A DNA stretch of 64,000 bases from a virus. This document shows, one piece after another, positions 44,660 to 52,724 of this stretch; the stretch's first letter is position 1, and the number at the start of each line of letters is the position of its first letter. Location of the stretch: IMG/VR virus record IMGVR_UViG_3300035659_000003, positions 32,001-96,000 of that record, one strand, 5' to 3'. Position numbers and translations under genes: made by a program. Below the pieces are notes generated by a model. That model was not told where the DNA came from. It was given only the letters and a program-made list of their open reading frames with translations, and ran no database searches.

Positions 44660-47200
44660 CTACGGCAGGGCGTGAATCCGTGATGCCCCGCGCCGCCTAC
44701 CCTCAGCCATTGCCTGCCGCTTGGCGTCGGCGTACGAGCCGTGGATGAAGTGAGGCTTAGGGTCGTCGTCATACTGGAATGCCCATCCGCCCGTGCCTCT
44801 CGGCTTCTTCCCGTGGCTCCACTCAAAGCGCTCGGTTGCGACGTGCCTCGGCCCAGCCCCCTTGCCTGCGCGCGGGTCGTGCTCGCTGTGCGGGCTGTTC
44901 GGCGTGTCGTGCTTCTTTACTGGTGCGGTGGGGTCTGTCGGCACGCGCCGAGTCGGGGTGACGCCCCAGTCGCTACCAGATGTCCATACCTTACCGGATG
45001 GGCTCGACGCAGGGGCGGCCCCTGGCTTACGCTTCTCCAGCGCATCTGTTGCCGCGCGTAGCTCAGCCTGAGCCTTAGCGACTTCAGAATTCATCTTTTC
45101 GGCTTTTCTCTCCACGGGCACCTCTCGCGGGTATCCCGCTGCAGGCCGCTTGCCCGTCCACGCCGGACTAGAAGAGGTGTGCTCAATCTGCCCCATACTT
45201 CCCATTTGCGGGTGATAGGCACGAGCATGACTGTGCGTGTCGCCTGTCTCTTGATGCGTGTGCTCGCGTCCCTGGACGCCGTGCGGGTCAGCCAGCGGAG
45301 TCTTGCGAGCCTTGGAGAACGCGGGGCTCATCTGATCGCGCTTATGCATTGACCCACCAGGAAGCGTGTCCTGGGGCGGGGGCTTTGTAACCCCTGCCTT
45401 GGGGTCTCTGAAGTGCCGCTGCAGATCACGCTGTGCGGACGACATCCCACCCACCAGCTTCTTCGGCTTAGGCGCAGGGCCATAAGGTGCCCCGCCGTGC
45501 GGGTGAGGGCCATGCTCCTGTGGAGCGTCGTGCTTGTCTACCTCGGCCTTCTTCGCATTAGCCATTCCACCACGAGCGTGACTGGCCGAGTGGCCGAACT
45601 TGCGCTCGTGCTCACTGTATCCAGAACCATAAGGCCCAGGCGTCCGGCTTTCCGGCGCGCGGGGCTGCGGCGGAGAAATCTTCACCTTCCCGTGCGCGCC
45701 GTAATCGTGCTCGTGGGTCTCCCCACCAGGCCCCATGTGACCGTGCAACCTTCCCTGTCCGCCGCGAGGCCCTCCGTGGGGGGTCTCCTTCTCCAGCGCG
45801 GACGTTGCCGCACGCAGGGTTGCCTGTGCCTTGGCAAACGTAGGGCTCATCTTCGTGACTAGTGGCTGGACTTCGGTATGTGGCGTAAACTTCCGAGATG
45901 CGGGATGCTTTTGCGTCACAGGGTGACCCTCGGACGCCCCCTCGTGGCGATGCTGCCCAGGAGGACTGCCGTGCGTTGTGCGAAGCTTGCTGGGATCATA
46001 GGTGTCCTTCTGCACCTTCGCCTTCTTCGTCGGCGTAGCGGATGGGCGGGTTATTTTATAAGGATGATAATCCGGAGCCGGTACTTCGCTAGTGCCGCGC
46101 TGCCTGCGAAACGGGCTGCGCGTCGAAGGGGCGTACCCGCCCTGGTGCCTCACCGACATCGTTCCCTGCTCACCTTGGGCCTTCATCGCTGGTTCCGATC
46201 GCGTGGGTGTCGGGGATGGATGGCTCCCAGGGCGCGGCCCAGGGACAGGAGCGACTGTAGACTGGGGCTGTGGAGTTGCGGGCTCGGCCTTCTTCGCAGG
46301 AGAGAAGCGTCCAGGGTAGTCCTGGGGATTCTTCTTGGGGCGAGGCGGGTCTGGCTTGGCACGCGGCCCCGCGCGATTACCGCCACCGCGTCCCGTCAGC
46401 CATCGCAAACGCTCTGGGGACGAGCGAGGTGCGGGAGCATCCTCGGCCTTGTCCATAAGGTAGCTTGAGGTGCTCTTCTGCCCCGTGCTGGTGGGCTTAC
46501 GCGGACGGCCAACCGGCTTGAAGCCGGAGGTCAGCGGCTGCGGATGTGTGTGGCGCTCGCCCTCGGGTGCTCGACTTCTCGATCCGAAGTGCGGGTGCGT
46601 CTGTGGACGCGAGTAGCGCTTCTTGTCCCCATAATGCTTCTCAAGCTCCTCGTCCTCGGCCTTGTTCATGCCCCCTCGGATCGAATGTGGGGCTCTCGTC
46701 GCGTAAGAGTCAGCACTAGTTCCCTTCTTCGACTTAGGCGGCCAGTGCGGAATACCAACTTCCTTGTCCTGGGCCTTCCACATGGCCTCGCGCCGTTTCG
46801 GTTCGCGCCGGACGGTCTTGCCCTTATCCAGGTCGCCTACGGCCCGAACGGACTTCCGCAGCGCAGATAGCGCCTTAGCCAACTCCACCGTATCCGGCAG
46901 CTCCTCACCGTCCTCGGCCTTGCCCACAACTTCCTTCAGGAACAGCTCCAGGGCCTGGTTGAGCTTCGCACCCTTGGCGAGCCCAGGCATCTGAAAGATA
47001 CCAGCACCCGTCACGGCGTAGTAGGAACCGCCCTCGCGCCCCCACAACTCGGCATAGTTCGCCCCGTTGTCGGCGGACACGTAATGAACAATTCCGCCCT
47101 CGGCACCCTTGGACAGGTTCGGCCAGCGCGATGCGGTGCTGAGTGTGATGCCCATAGGCTGCACAGCCTTCGCGAGCCGACTCAAAAATGTCTGGATCAT
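44660..47200 (-). CDS. basic, low-complexity modular polyprotein
   Basis: 846 aa; more than 20 hydrophobic-x-K motifs spaced about 20-50 aa apart; P/G/R/H-rich. Confidence 0.7.
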   Translation of the reverse strand: MIQTFLSRLAKAVQPMGITLSTASRWPNLSKGAEGGIVHYVSADNGANYAELWGREGGSYYAVTGAGIFQMPGLAKGAKLNQALELFLKEVVGKAEDGEELPDTVELAKALSALRKSVRAVGDLDKGKTVRREPKRREAMWKAQDKEVGIPHWPPKSKKGTSADSYATRAPHSIRGGMNKAEDEELEKHYGDKKRYSRPQTHPHFGSRSRAPEGERHTHPQPLTSGFKPVGRPRKPTSTGQKSTSSYLMDKAEDAPAPRSSPERLRWLTGRGGGNRAGPRAKPDPPRPKKNPQDYPGRFSPAKKAEPATPQPQSTVAPVPGPRPGSHPSPTPTRSEPAMKAQGEQGTMSVRHQGGYAPSTRSPFRRQRGTSEVPAPDYHPYKITRPSATPTKKAKVQKDTYDPSKLRTTHGSPPGQHRHEGASEGHPVTQKHPASRKFTPHTEVQPLVTKMSPTFAKAQATLRAATSALEKETPHGGPRGGQGRLHGHMGPGGETHEHDYGAHGKVKISPPQPRAPESRTPGPYGSGYSEHERKFGHSASHARGGMANAKKAEVDKHDAPQEHGPHPHGGAPYGPAPKPKKLVGGMSSAQRDLQRHFRDPKAGVTKPPPQDTLPGGSMHKRDQMSPAFSKARKTPLADPHGVQGREHTHQETGDTHSHARAYHPQMGSMGQIEHTSSSPAWTGKRPAAGYPREVPVERKAEKMNSEVAKAQAELRAATDALEKRKPGAAPASSPSGKVWTSGSDWGVTPTRRVPTDPTAPVKKHDTPNSPHSEHDPRAGKGAGPRHVATERFEWSHGKKPRGTGGWAFQYDDDPKPHFIHGSYADAKRQAMAEGRRRGASRIHALP

Positions 47201-47272
47201 AGATAGGTTCCCCCCTAATACGCGTGTCTTACTCTCCCTTATTTTAGCAGAAGGGGCGGACTTGCGCCACCC

Positions 47273-47971
47273 CTACGGGTGATCCAGCCTGTAACGATAC
47301 CACCCAGGATCAGCATAAGGGTAGCGATACTTGAGCAGTTCCTTGTTTGCAGCGGTAGGCCGATCAACTTCGTAGCTCTGGTTCATGATCCCGCCCTCGA
47401 GATCGCCCAGACCCAGACAGTGCCCGACCTCGTGATTGACCAGGCTGCGCCGCTGATACAGAGACATCGCATCCCAGTAGACTGCCACGTTCGGGTTCGT
47501 GGTCGCCCTGGTGTTGATGGTTACGGTGCACACCCCCGCCGTCCACATACGCTCCTTGTCCCAGTGGTACGCGCTCCAGTTAGCCTGCGCCGCCCTGTCA
47601 GCACCGAGATAGCCCTGCACAATCCATATAGAGACAAGCCAGTACGGAGAGCAGGCGTTCTCGAACTCGATACCAATCTCGGCGAGAGGTTCACGCCAGC
47701 CCCCCTGATCGTCTAGGGCAACGTTTCCACCAGGAGCGGCGTAGCCCGCGCACCACCTGATAGGGCTTTTCTCGATCAGCGCGCGCAGTGGCACCGAAGG
47801 ACACAGGCCAGGTGGTGGCGCGCACTTACCATCCCACCCTGTCTCCACAGGGACAATGGCCGGATTCGGCAGCGCAGGGAGAGCTGGCCCGCCGTCAGAG
47901 ATCGTGATCAAAGCAAAAGCGGCGATGCTTATCGTCGCTATGGCGATAGCTAAAAGTGCCTTAGTGCGCAT
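47273..47971 (-). CDS. exported or membrane-anchored zinc metalloprotease (metzincin)
   Basis: N-terminal hydrophobic signal; HEVGHCLGLGD plus Met-turn GIMN. Confidence 0.75.
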   Translation of the reverse strand: MRTKALLAIAIATISIAAFALITISDGGPALPALPNPAIVPVETGWDGKCAPPPGLCPSVPLRALIEKSPIRWCAGYAAPGGNVALDDQGGWREPLAEIGIEFENACSPYWLVSIWIVQGYLGADRAAQANWSAYHWDKERMWTAGVCTVTINTRATTNPNVAVYWDAMSLYQRRSLVNHEVGHCLGLGDLEGGIMNQSYEVDRPTAANKELLKYRYPYADPGWYRYRLDHP

Positions 47972-48562
47972 CTACTGCAGCCTTATCTGCGACCCGAGTC
48001 GTCGCTTCAAACCAGGAGCCAGCGTCCGTATTACCTCGCGTCGTGCGGGCCGAACATACGGCGTCGCCTTCTGGCGTGGCACGTTGCGCGCATGCGCATG
48101 TCGGGAGTGCGGCTTTACGAAGGTCTTGTTGTCACCGATATCCAGCGGGTTCTTACTGATCCGAAAGTAGCCACGCCGAAGAATGGTGTTTCTGAAGTGC
48201 CCGCGCGTCCAGTTTTGCTTCCACTCCTTGCGGCGGTGCTTAACCGTCCGCAAGTGGCCCTTGACCCTGTGGTAGCGGACGTTCTCGACGTGCGCCCGCA
48301 TACCGTATTCCTTGCGCGCGGCGTAAGGAGCTGTGTAAACCAGCGTGAACCCGTTAGGCAACAGCGTCAGCACGCCGCTACGCCGCAGGTGGCCAGTCTT
48401 GTAGGGGGCAAGCTGGGCCGAGCGGTAGTGAATTTGCTTGCCTAATTCATGAAGCAGCGCGACTAGATGCCCCGACATCGCTGCCTGGAGCTTTACACCA
48501 ATCGGCGCAAGGGAGCGCCTAGTCATCCTCCATATCCTTCGCCCAGCTAGGCAGACGATCAT
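47972..48562 (-). CDS. HK97 gp10-like neck/tail morphogenesis protein
   Basis: APYKTGHLRRS...YTAPYAARKEYG...PYVRPA pattern. Confidence 0.7.
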   Translation of the reverse strand: MIVCLAGRRIWRMTRRSLAPIGVKLQAAMSGHLVALLHELGKQIHYRSAQLAPYKTGHLRRSGVLTLLPNGFTLVYTAPYAARKEYGMRAHVENVRYHRVKGHLRTVKHRRKEWKQNWTRGHFRNTILRRGYFRISKNPLDIGDNKTFVKPHSRHAHARNVPRQKATPYVRPARREVIRTLAPGLKRRLGSQIRLQ

Positions 48563-48914
48563 CGGCTGGTTCGAGTAGGAGAAAGCGATTCACCCCCGCC
48601 ATGGCCGCTATGAACTCCGGCGACGCCCGCTTAGCGCGCCGCAGGACAAGCGTATTTCGCCGATCCTTGTCCGCCTTCATAATCAGTGCCGGAGGCTCGT
48701 GCGTAAACGGCGCGTCTGTGCTGCCTCGGCGGTTACTCTCGCAGGGATTGCCGGTGTTGCAGCTCGCCCGCCAACGTCGCAGGTATCCCCAGTAAGCCAA
48801 CAGCTCCTCGTGCGTGAACTTAGTCGTTGGTGCCGACGCGTCCTGCAGGACGGACTCTGCCTCGTGAATGATCCTGCTGCCGCCCTCTTCCGGAGCGTCT
48901 AGAACGTCAGCCAT
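48519..48914 (-). CDS. hypothetical protein
   Basis: 131-aa ORF with RBS GAGGAG. Confidence 0.5.
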   Translation of the reverse strand: MADVLDAPEEGGSRIIHEAESVLQDASAPTTKFTHEELLAYWGYLRRWRASCNTGNPCESNRRGSTDAPFTHEPPALIMKADKDRRNTLVLRRAKRASPEFIAAMAGVNRFLLLEPADDRLPSWAKDMEDD

Positions 48915-49302
48915 TGCCGTTGCTCCTCTGATGGTGCTGAAACGCGCGGAACCACCAATGTATTACTACTGCAGACGCCAGCAGCGCAGGCCAGATATGC
49001 CAGCCAAGCGCCGTCCAGGTGTGCGGGTGGAGCGCATGAGAAAACAGCCCATGCCAGCCCCACATCTCGCCGTGCTCAAGGACGTGGTCGTAGAGAGCGA
49101 TTCCCATTCCTCCGAAACCAACGATGCCTCCGAAGACCGCGATGACCAGCTCCAGCCAGGGCCGCCACTTGGAGCAAGGGAGCCACAGCAACGCAGCCAC
49201 TGCAACAATAATACATCCCGCAAAAGTCGGAGTCATCGCCCGCTTGCTCCACTTCTCTCTGTCCACGTAGTAGACTCCTTGCCCCCTTTGCTGCGCTACC
49301 AT
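48907..49302 (-). CDS. membrane protein
   Basis: Three hydrophobic segments, W/H-rich. Confidence 0.55.
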   Translation of the reverse strand: MVAQQRGQGVYYVDREKWSKRAMTPTFAGCIIVAVAALLWLPCSKWRPWLELVIAVFGGIVGFGGMGIALYDHVLEHGEMWGWHGLFSHALHPHTWTALGWHIWPALLASAVVIHWWFRAFQHHQRSNGNG

Positions 49303-49303
49303 C

Positions 49304-49777
49304 TTACGGCTCCGGCGCTGCCGGTGGAAGGTCTCCCGCCTCTGGCAGGCCGATCGTCACAACCACACACGGCGGGCCGTCGGTGTAGACCTTGCGGATC
49401 ATCCAGAAGGCAATCCGACCATCGTCCTTCCAGCCTATCTTGTTGCCTGCGTCCCCTACTGCGCGGGCTAGCTTATCTCCGTCCGGCGCATGCCCATACC
49501 AGTCGTCATGTGGCCTGCTTTTCGGGCGGGTGAAATAGAACACCGCATCAACAGCCACAGGGCGGTCTAGCGGGAACGTCAGCCGGTCTAGCTCGCGTGC
49601 CATCACCTGCCCGACAAGGCGCACCCAGTCCTCGGTAGAATCAGGTGCCTTAGAGACAGGGAGGGGCTTGCGCCCCTCTCTTTGTGCCTTTTTCCATGCC
49701 GCGTCGGTTATGAAGACGGCCCTGGAGCCCTTGGGCCTCGGCTGCCCATAGACAACGACGCGCGCTAGGACTTCCAT
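49304..49777 (-). CDS. rusA: RusA-like Holliday junction resolvase
   Basis: GQPRPKGS...PDGDKLARAVGDA...WKDDGRI...KVY. Confidence 0.85.
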   Translation of the reverse strand: MEVLARVVVYGQPRPKGSRAVFITDAAWKKAQREGRKPLPVSKAPDSTEDWVRLVGQVMARELDRLTFPLDRPVAVDAVFYFTRPKSRPHDDWYGHAPDGDKLARAVGDAGNKIGWKDDGRIAFWMIRKVYTDGPPCVVVTIGLPEAGDLPPAAPEP

Positions 49778-51310
49778 TTACTCGGTCGGATCGGGTGCTG
49801 GGTCGGGCCACTCCCATGTCCCCGCTGCGCCCTCGACGTCGTGCAGGTAGCGCGCGTGCGTCTTAGGGTCGGCGTCGCTGAGGTTCACGGGGTAGGTAAA
49901 GGTCTTGCCCCAGCGGGGGTGGACGCCGAAGAACAGCCACATCGGGGCTGCTCCGGTTGCCAGCTTGGTGATGCTGTATTCGTCCGGCCCCTTGCTGCTG
50001 CCCGTCATGACGATCGCGCCGTTTGGGGTCTGCATGTCGGCGGTCGTGTGGAAGTTGCCAACGCAGAAGTATTCGAAGTCCAGGTTGATCCGACGCAGCA
50101 AGTCGGACAGGTTCACGCGGGCACGGTTGATGCCGTAGTAGGGTATCTGGTTCCACATGGAGATCGTGTCCCCGTGCAGGAACAGGAATCGGTGGCCCTT
50201 GATCTCGACGATCCTGAAAAAGGACTCCGGCACCTCGACGCGGACGTTCGGGATGTCGCGCACCATCACGCTGACCATGTGATAGACGATGGTGTCGAAG
50301 TTGTCGGCCTTCTCCTTGTGGACAGGCTTCGGCCACATGCGTGGGTGGTTCCCAGGCAGGCCGATGAACTCGACCTCGTCGAAGAACCTGGACAAGTCAC
50401 GCAACCCGCAAGCCAGTAACCGTGCGGCACCGACGACGTGCTGCGTTGTGTATAGCTCATTCGTGCGTGCCAGCTCGTCGTGAATCGTTCCAGAGATGTT
50501 GTCGCCGACATCGACCAGCCACAGCTTGTCGAAGTGCACACCCTTGTGGTGCCGAATCGCCAAGTTGATCACGGAGTCGATGTAGTCCTGAAACCGTGCC
50601 TGGGCCATTGCCACGTCGTAGCGTCCCAGACCGTGGGTTGCCGCCTCGCTGATGACTTCCCCAAGGTGGAGGCAGGAGATGAATGCCACAGCGTCCTGCG
50701 GATGGTGGTCGGGGTCGATCGGGGGAATCTCCAGAGACTTGGGCGCGGGCGGTATCGCATGAATCTCCGCCTCGAACATATCGTAGATGCGCTTAAAGTA
50801 GGTCTGATCGTCCAGTGCGACGTCGTAGCGATGTTTCAGCTCGGTGTAGCGCTGCCTCGCGTCTCGAACCTGGCGATCGCGCGTGACCGCCTCCTCGGTG
50901 GTCAATTCGGGCTCTGGCGCGGGGGGAGCTGCCTTGGGCGAAACGATGGGCGGAGCCTCCGGCGCGGGCGGGTCGTCCATGGGCTCTAGAATCACAGGCG
51001 GGGCCTCTGGCTCCAGATCGAAGTCGCCTGCCTGTTGCCCCATCAGACTAAGCTGTCCCGCTGGCGGCCTGTAGGTTTCGGCCTCTGAGTGAGAAATCCG
51101 CCCGTTGTTGTAGAGGATCAGATGGATCGCGTTGATCGTCGGGCGGGTGTCCGTCGGCAGAACGGGGATCAACTCCTCTTGGATTCGCTGGCAGTTAGCC
51201 CATCCATGCTCAGTTACGAGCTGGAGAGCGCGGCGGATGATCCACGCTTTCGTTCGCTGGTAGTCTTCGTAGGAGAGCCCTTCCGAGAGCGTCTTGAAGC
51301 GTTGTGGCAT
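49778..51310 (-). CDS. calcineurin-like metallophosphoesterase with N-terminal extension
   Basis: SCLHLGE, GDNISG, GNH, HGD, GNFH motifs. Confidence 0.8.
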   Translation of the reverse strand: MPQRFKTLSEGLSYEDYQRTKAWIIRRALQLVTEHGWANCQRIQEELIPVLPTDTRPTINAIHLILYNNGRISHSEAETYRPPAGQLSLMGQQAGDFDLEPEAPPVILEPMDDPPAPEAPPIVSPKAAPPAPEPELTTEEAVTRDRQVRDARQRYTELKHRYDVALDDQTYFKRIYDMFEAEIHAIPPAPKSLEIPPIDPDHHPQDAVAFISCLHLGEVISEAATHGLGRYDVAMAQARFQDYIDSVINLAIRHHKGVHFDKLWLVDVGDNISGTIHDELARTNELYTTQHVVGAARLLACGLRDLSRFFDEVEFIGLPGNHPRMWPKPVHKEKADNFDTIVYHMVSVMVRDIPNVRVEVPESFFRIVEIKGHRFLFLHGDTISMWNQIPYYGINRARVNLSDLLRRINLDFEYFCVGNFHTTADMQTPNGAIVMTGSSKGPDEYSITKLATGAAPMWLFFGVHPRWGKTFTYPVNLSDADPKTHARYLHDVEGAAGTWEWPDPAPDPTE

Positions 51311-51520
51311 GGTGCCGTATCCTCCTTCTTTAGCGCCTTCCGCAACCTCAACTCCATAACGGCCAGGCGCTCTAGCATCATTGCCCCCTGCGCGGGGGTC
51401 AGATGTTGCAGGTCAACATAATCATAAGGCATTTTTCCGGACATTTTAGCGATTGTGCGCTGCAATCCGGAAATCTCTAGGGCCTCCTGCGCCCCAATGA
51501 ACTCGTAGTCGTCGTAGTTG

Positions 51521-51952
51521 TTAAGCATCGCGACGGCCCCTGCGCGTGTGAGCTTTCAGCGCTTGTCGAAGAGCCTCTCGGCGCGCTTCCTCATCAGGGG
51601 GAATCCGCCGACCGCCCTTCAACACAGGCATCTCGTCATAAAACCGCAGGATGATATCAGCCTGCTCCCCCTTCACGATCAGTAACGGGCGAATCCGCCG
51701 AAGAATCGTATGGAGTTTGTGCGAGCCGATGGCCCAGCGCCACTGATCACGACCATTGACGTTATACCGCACAGCGTCGAAGAACGTCATTGTGCCACCA
51801 AAGGTCGCCGCCAGCCAGTCGATCAGTCTTTTGTCTACTTGCTGAAGCTCCAGCCTTGGGCAGTGCGGCGAGCTATTCCGTCCCATAATTTTCAGATAGC
51901 CCTCGCCGTCGATAAATGCGGCCAGCCGCGCCCAGTCGATCTCGCTAGGCAC
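51521..51952 (-). CDS. free-standing LAGLIDADG homing endonuclease
   Basis: RLAAFIDGEG...FGG...IRPLLIVKGEQA. Confidence 0.85.
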   Translation of the reverse strand: MPSEIDWARLAAFIDGEGYLKIMGRNSSPHCPRLELQQVDKRLIDWLAATFGGTMTFFDAVRYNVNGRDQWRWAIGSHKLHTILRRIRPLLIVKGEQADIILRFYDEMPVLKGGRRIPPDEEARREALRQALKAHTRRGRRDA

Positions 51953-52670
51953 GTGTCACCGTCGCAAGATGGCGGGCGATTTCTTTACGAAGCCCTGCGA
52001 GCTTGGCCTCCCAAAGCTCTACTAGCGCAGCGGCCTCCTCGCCGTGCAGCCCCACCCGATCCGCAAGTTCTCGCACTTCGCGCCCGCGCCCCTGCGCCGC
52101 GCGCGCAACCTCAGCCATCTGGAGCAGCATCCTGGGCCATAGATCAGGGTCTCTGTATATCCCAGCAAACTTAGCGGGGCGCAGGCAGCGGAGCATCGGA
52201 ATCGCGGGCATCTTACCCGTAAAGCCGTTATCGATTGCCCTGATATGCCCGTCAGCCACGACAAACCAGTTTCCTTCGTGACGATCCGTGTTGCCTGCGA
52301 GGAAGTCCAGGATGACCATGTTCGCCATGTCGTGCAAGAAGGCATCCCCGCCGTGCGCCCAGCCGTGGATGCCGTCAACATTGGCAGCCTGAACACCGTT
52401 CTCCACACGCCGCATCATAGAACCGACGCCTTTGCCGAGATCGACTAGCCGCACTTCAGGCACAATCCCGCCAAACATCATCTGAGCAAGCTCATACGCA
52501 AACAGCTCATCCCGCTCTTCACGCACGCCTACCTTGTGGAACCAGACCGATCCATCCAGCATATGCACCAAGAAGGTATTTTCACTGTGGATGCCGCCGC
52601 GAATTCCGGCCTCATCAAGGGGAGCAATGCTCTTTACGTCCCGTGTGGTGTAGCGAACAGGTCTGCTCAT
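51945..52670 (-). CDS. HipA/PI3K-PI4K-like kinase
   Basis: WFHK, ELFAYELA, VPEV, LDFLAGNTDRHEGNW, AIDNG. Confidence 0.75.
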   Translation of the reverse strand: MSRPVRYTTRDVKSIAPLDEAGIRGGIHSENTFLVHMLDGSVWFHKVGVREERDELFAYELAQMMFGGIVPEVRLVDLGKGVGSMMRRVENGVQAANVDGIHGWAHGGDAFLHDMANMVILDFLAGNTDRHEGNWFVVADGHIRAIDNGFTGKMPAIPMLRCLRPAKFAGIYRDPDLWPRMLLQMAEVARAAQGRGREVRELADRVGLHGEEAAALVELWEAKLAGLRKEIARHLATVTRA

Positions 52671-52724
52671 TAGCAGTTATCCCATACTAGGCGGCCTGCG
52701 TAAAGGACACCAAGACGCACGAGC

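Larger units (their letters stand above)
35197..44914 (-). repeat. dispersed coding repeat KH[DE]TEENPxHSHDP (6 canonical and 2 degenerate copies in 4 genes)
   Basis: Copies near 35197-35240, 36084-36128, 38010-38054, 41033-41077, 43343-43387 and 44120-44164; degenerate near 42977-43018 and 44873-44914. Confidence 0.9.

Noticed and set aside
35197-44914. Dispersed ~42-bp repeats as a CRISPR array or DNA-level mobile element
   Set aside because: Spacing is irregular and kb-scale, all copies are in frame within ORFs, variation is mostly synonymous, and no cas genes are present.
29920-47200. Stop-codon readthrough or recoding joining the six genes into one protein
   Set aside because: The junctions I checked are out of frame or overlapping (TAATG-type coupling); TAG ends many genes normally and no suppressor tRNA is present.
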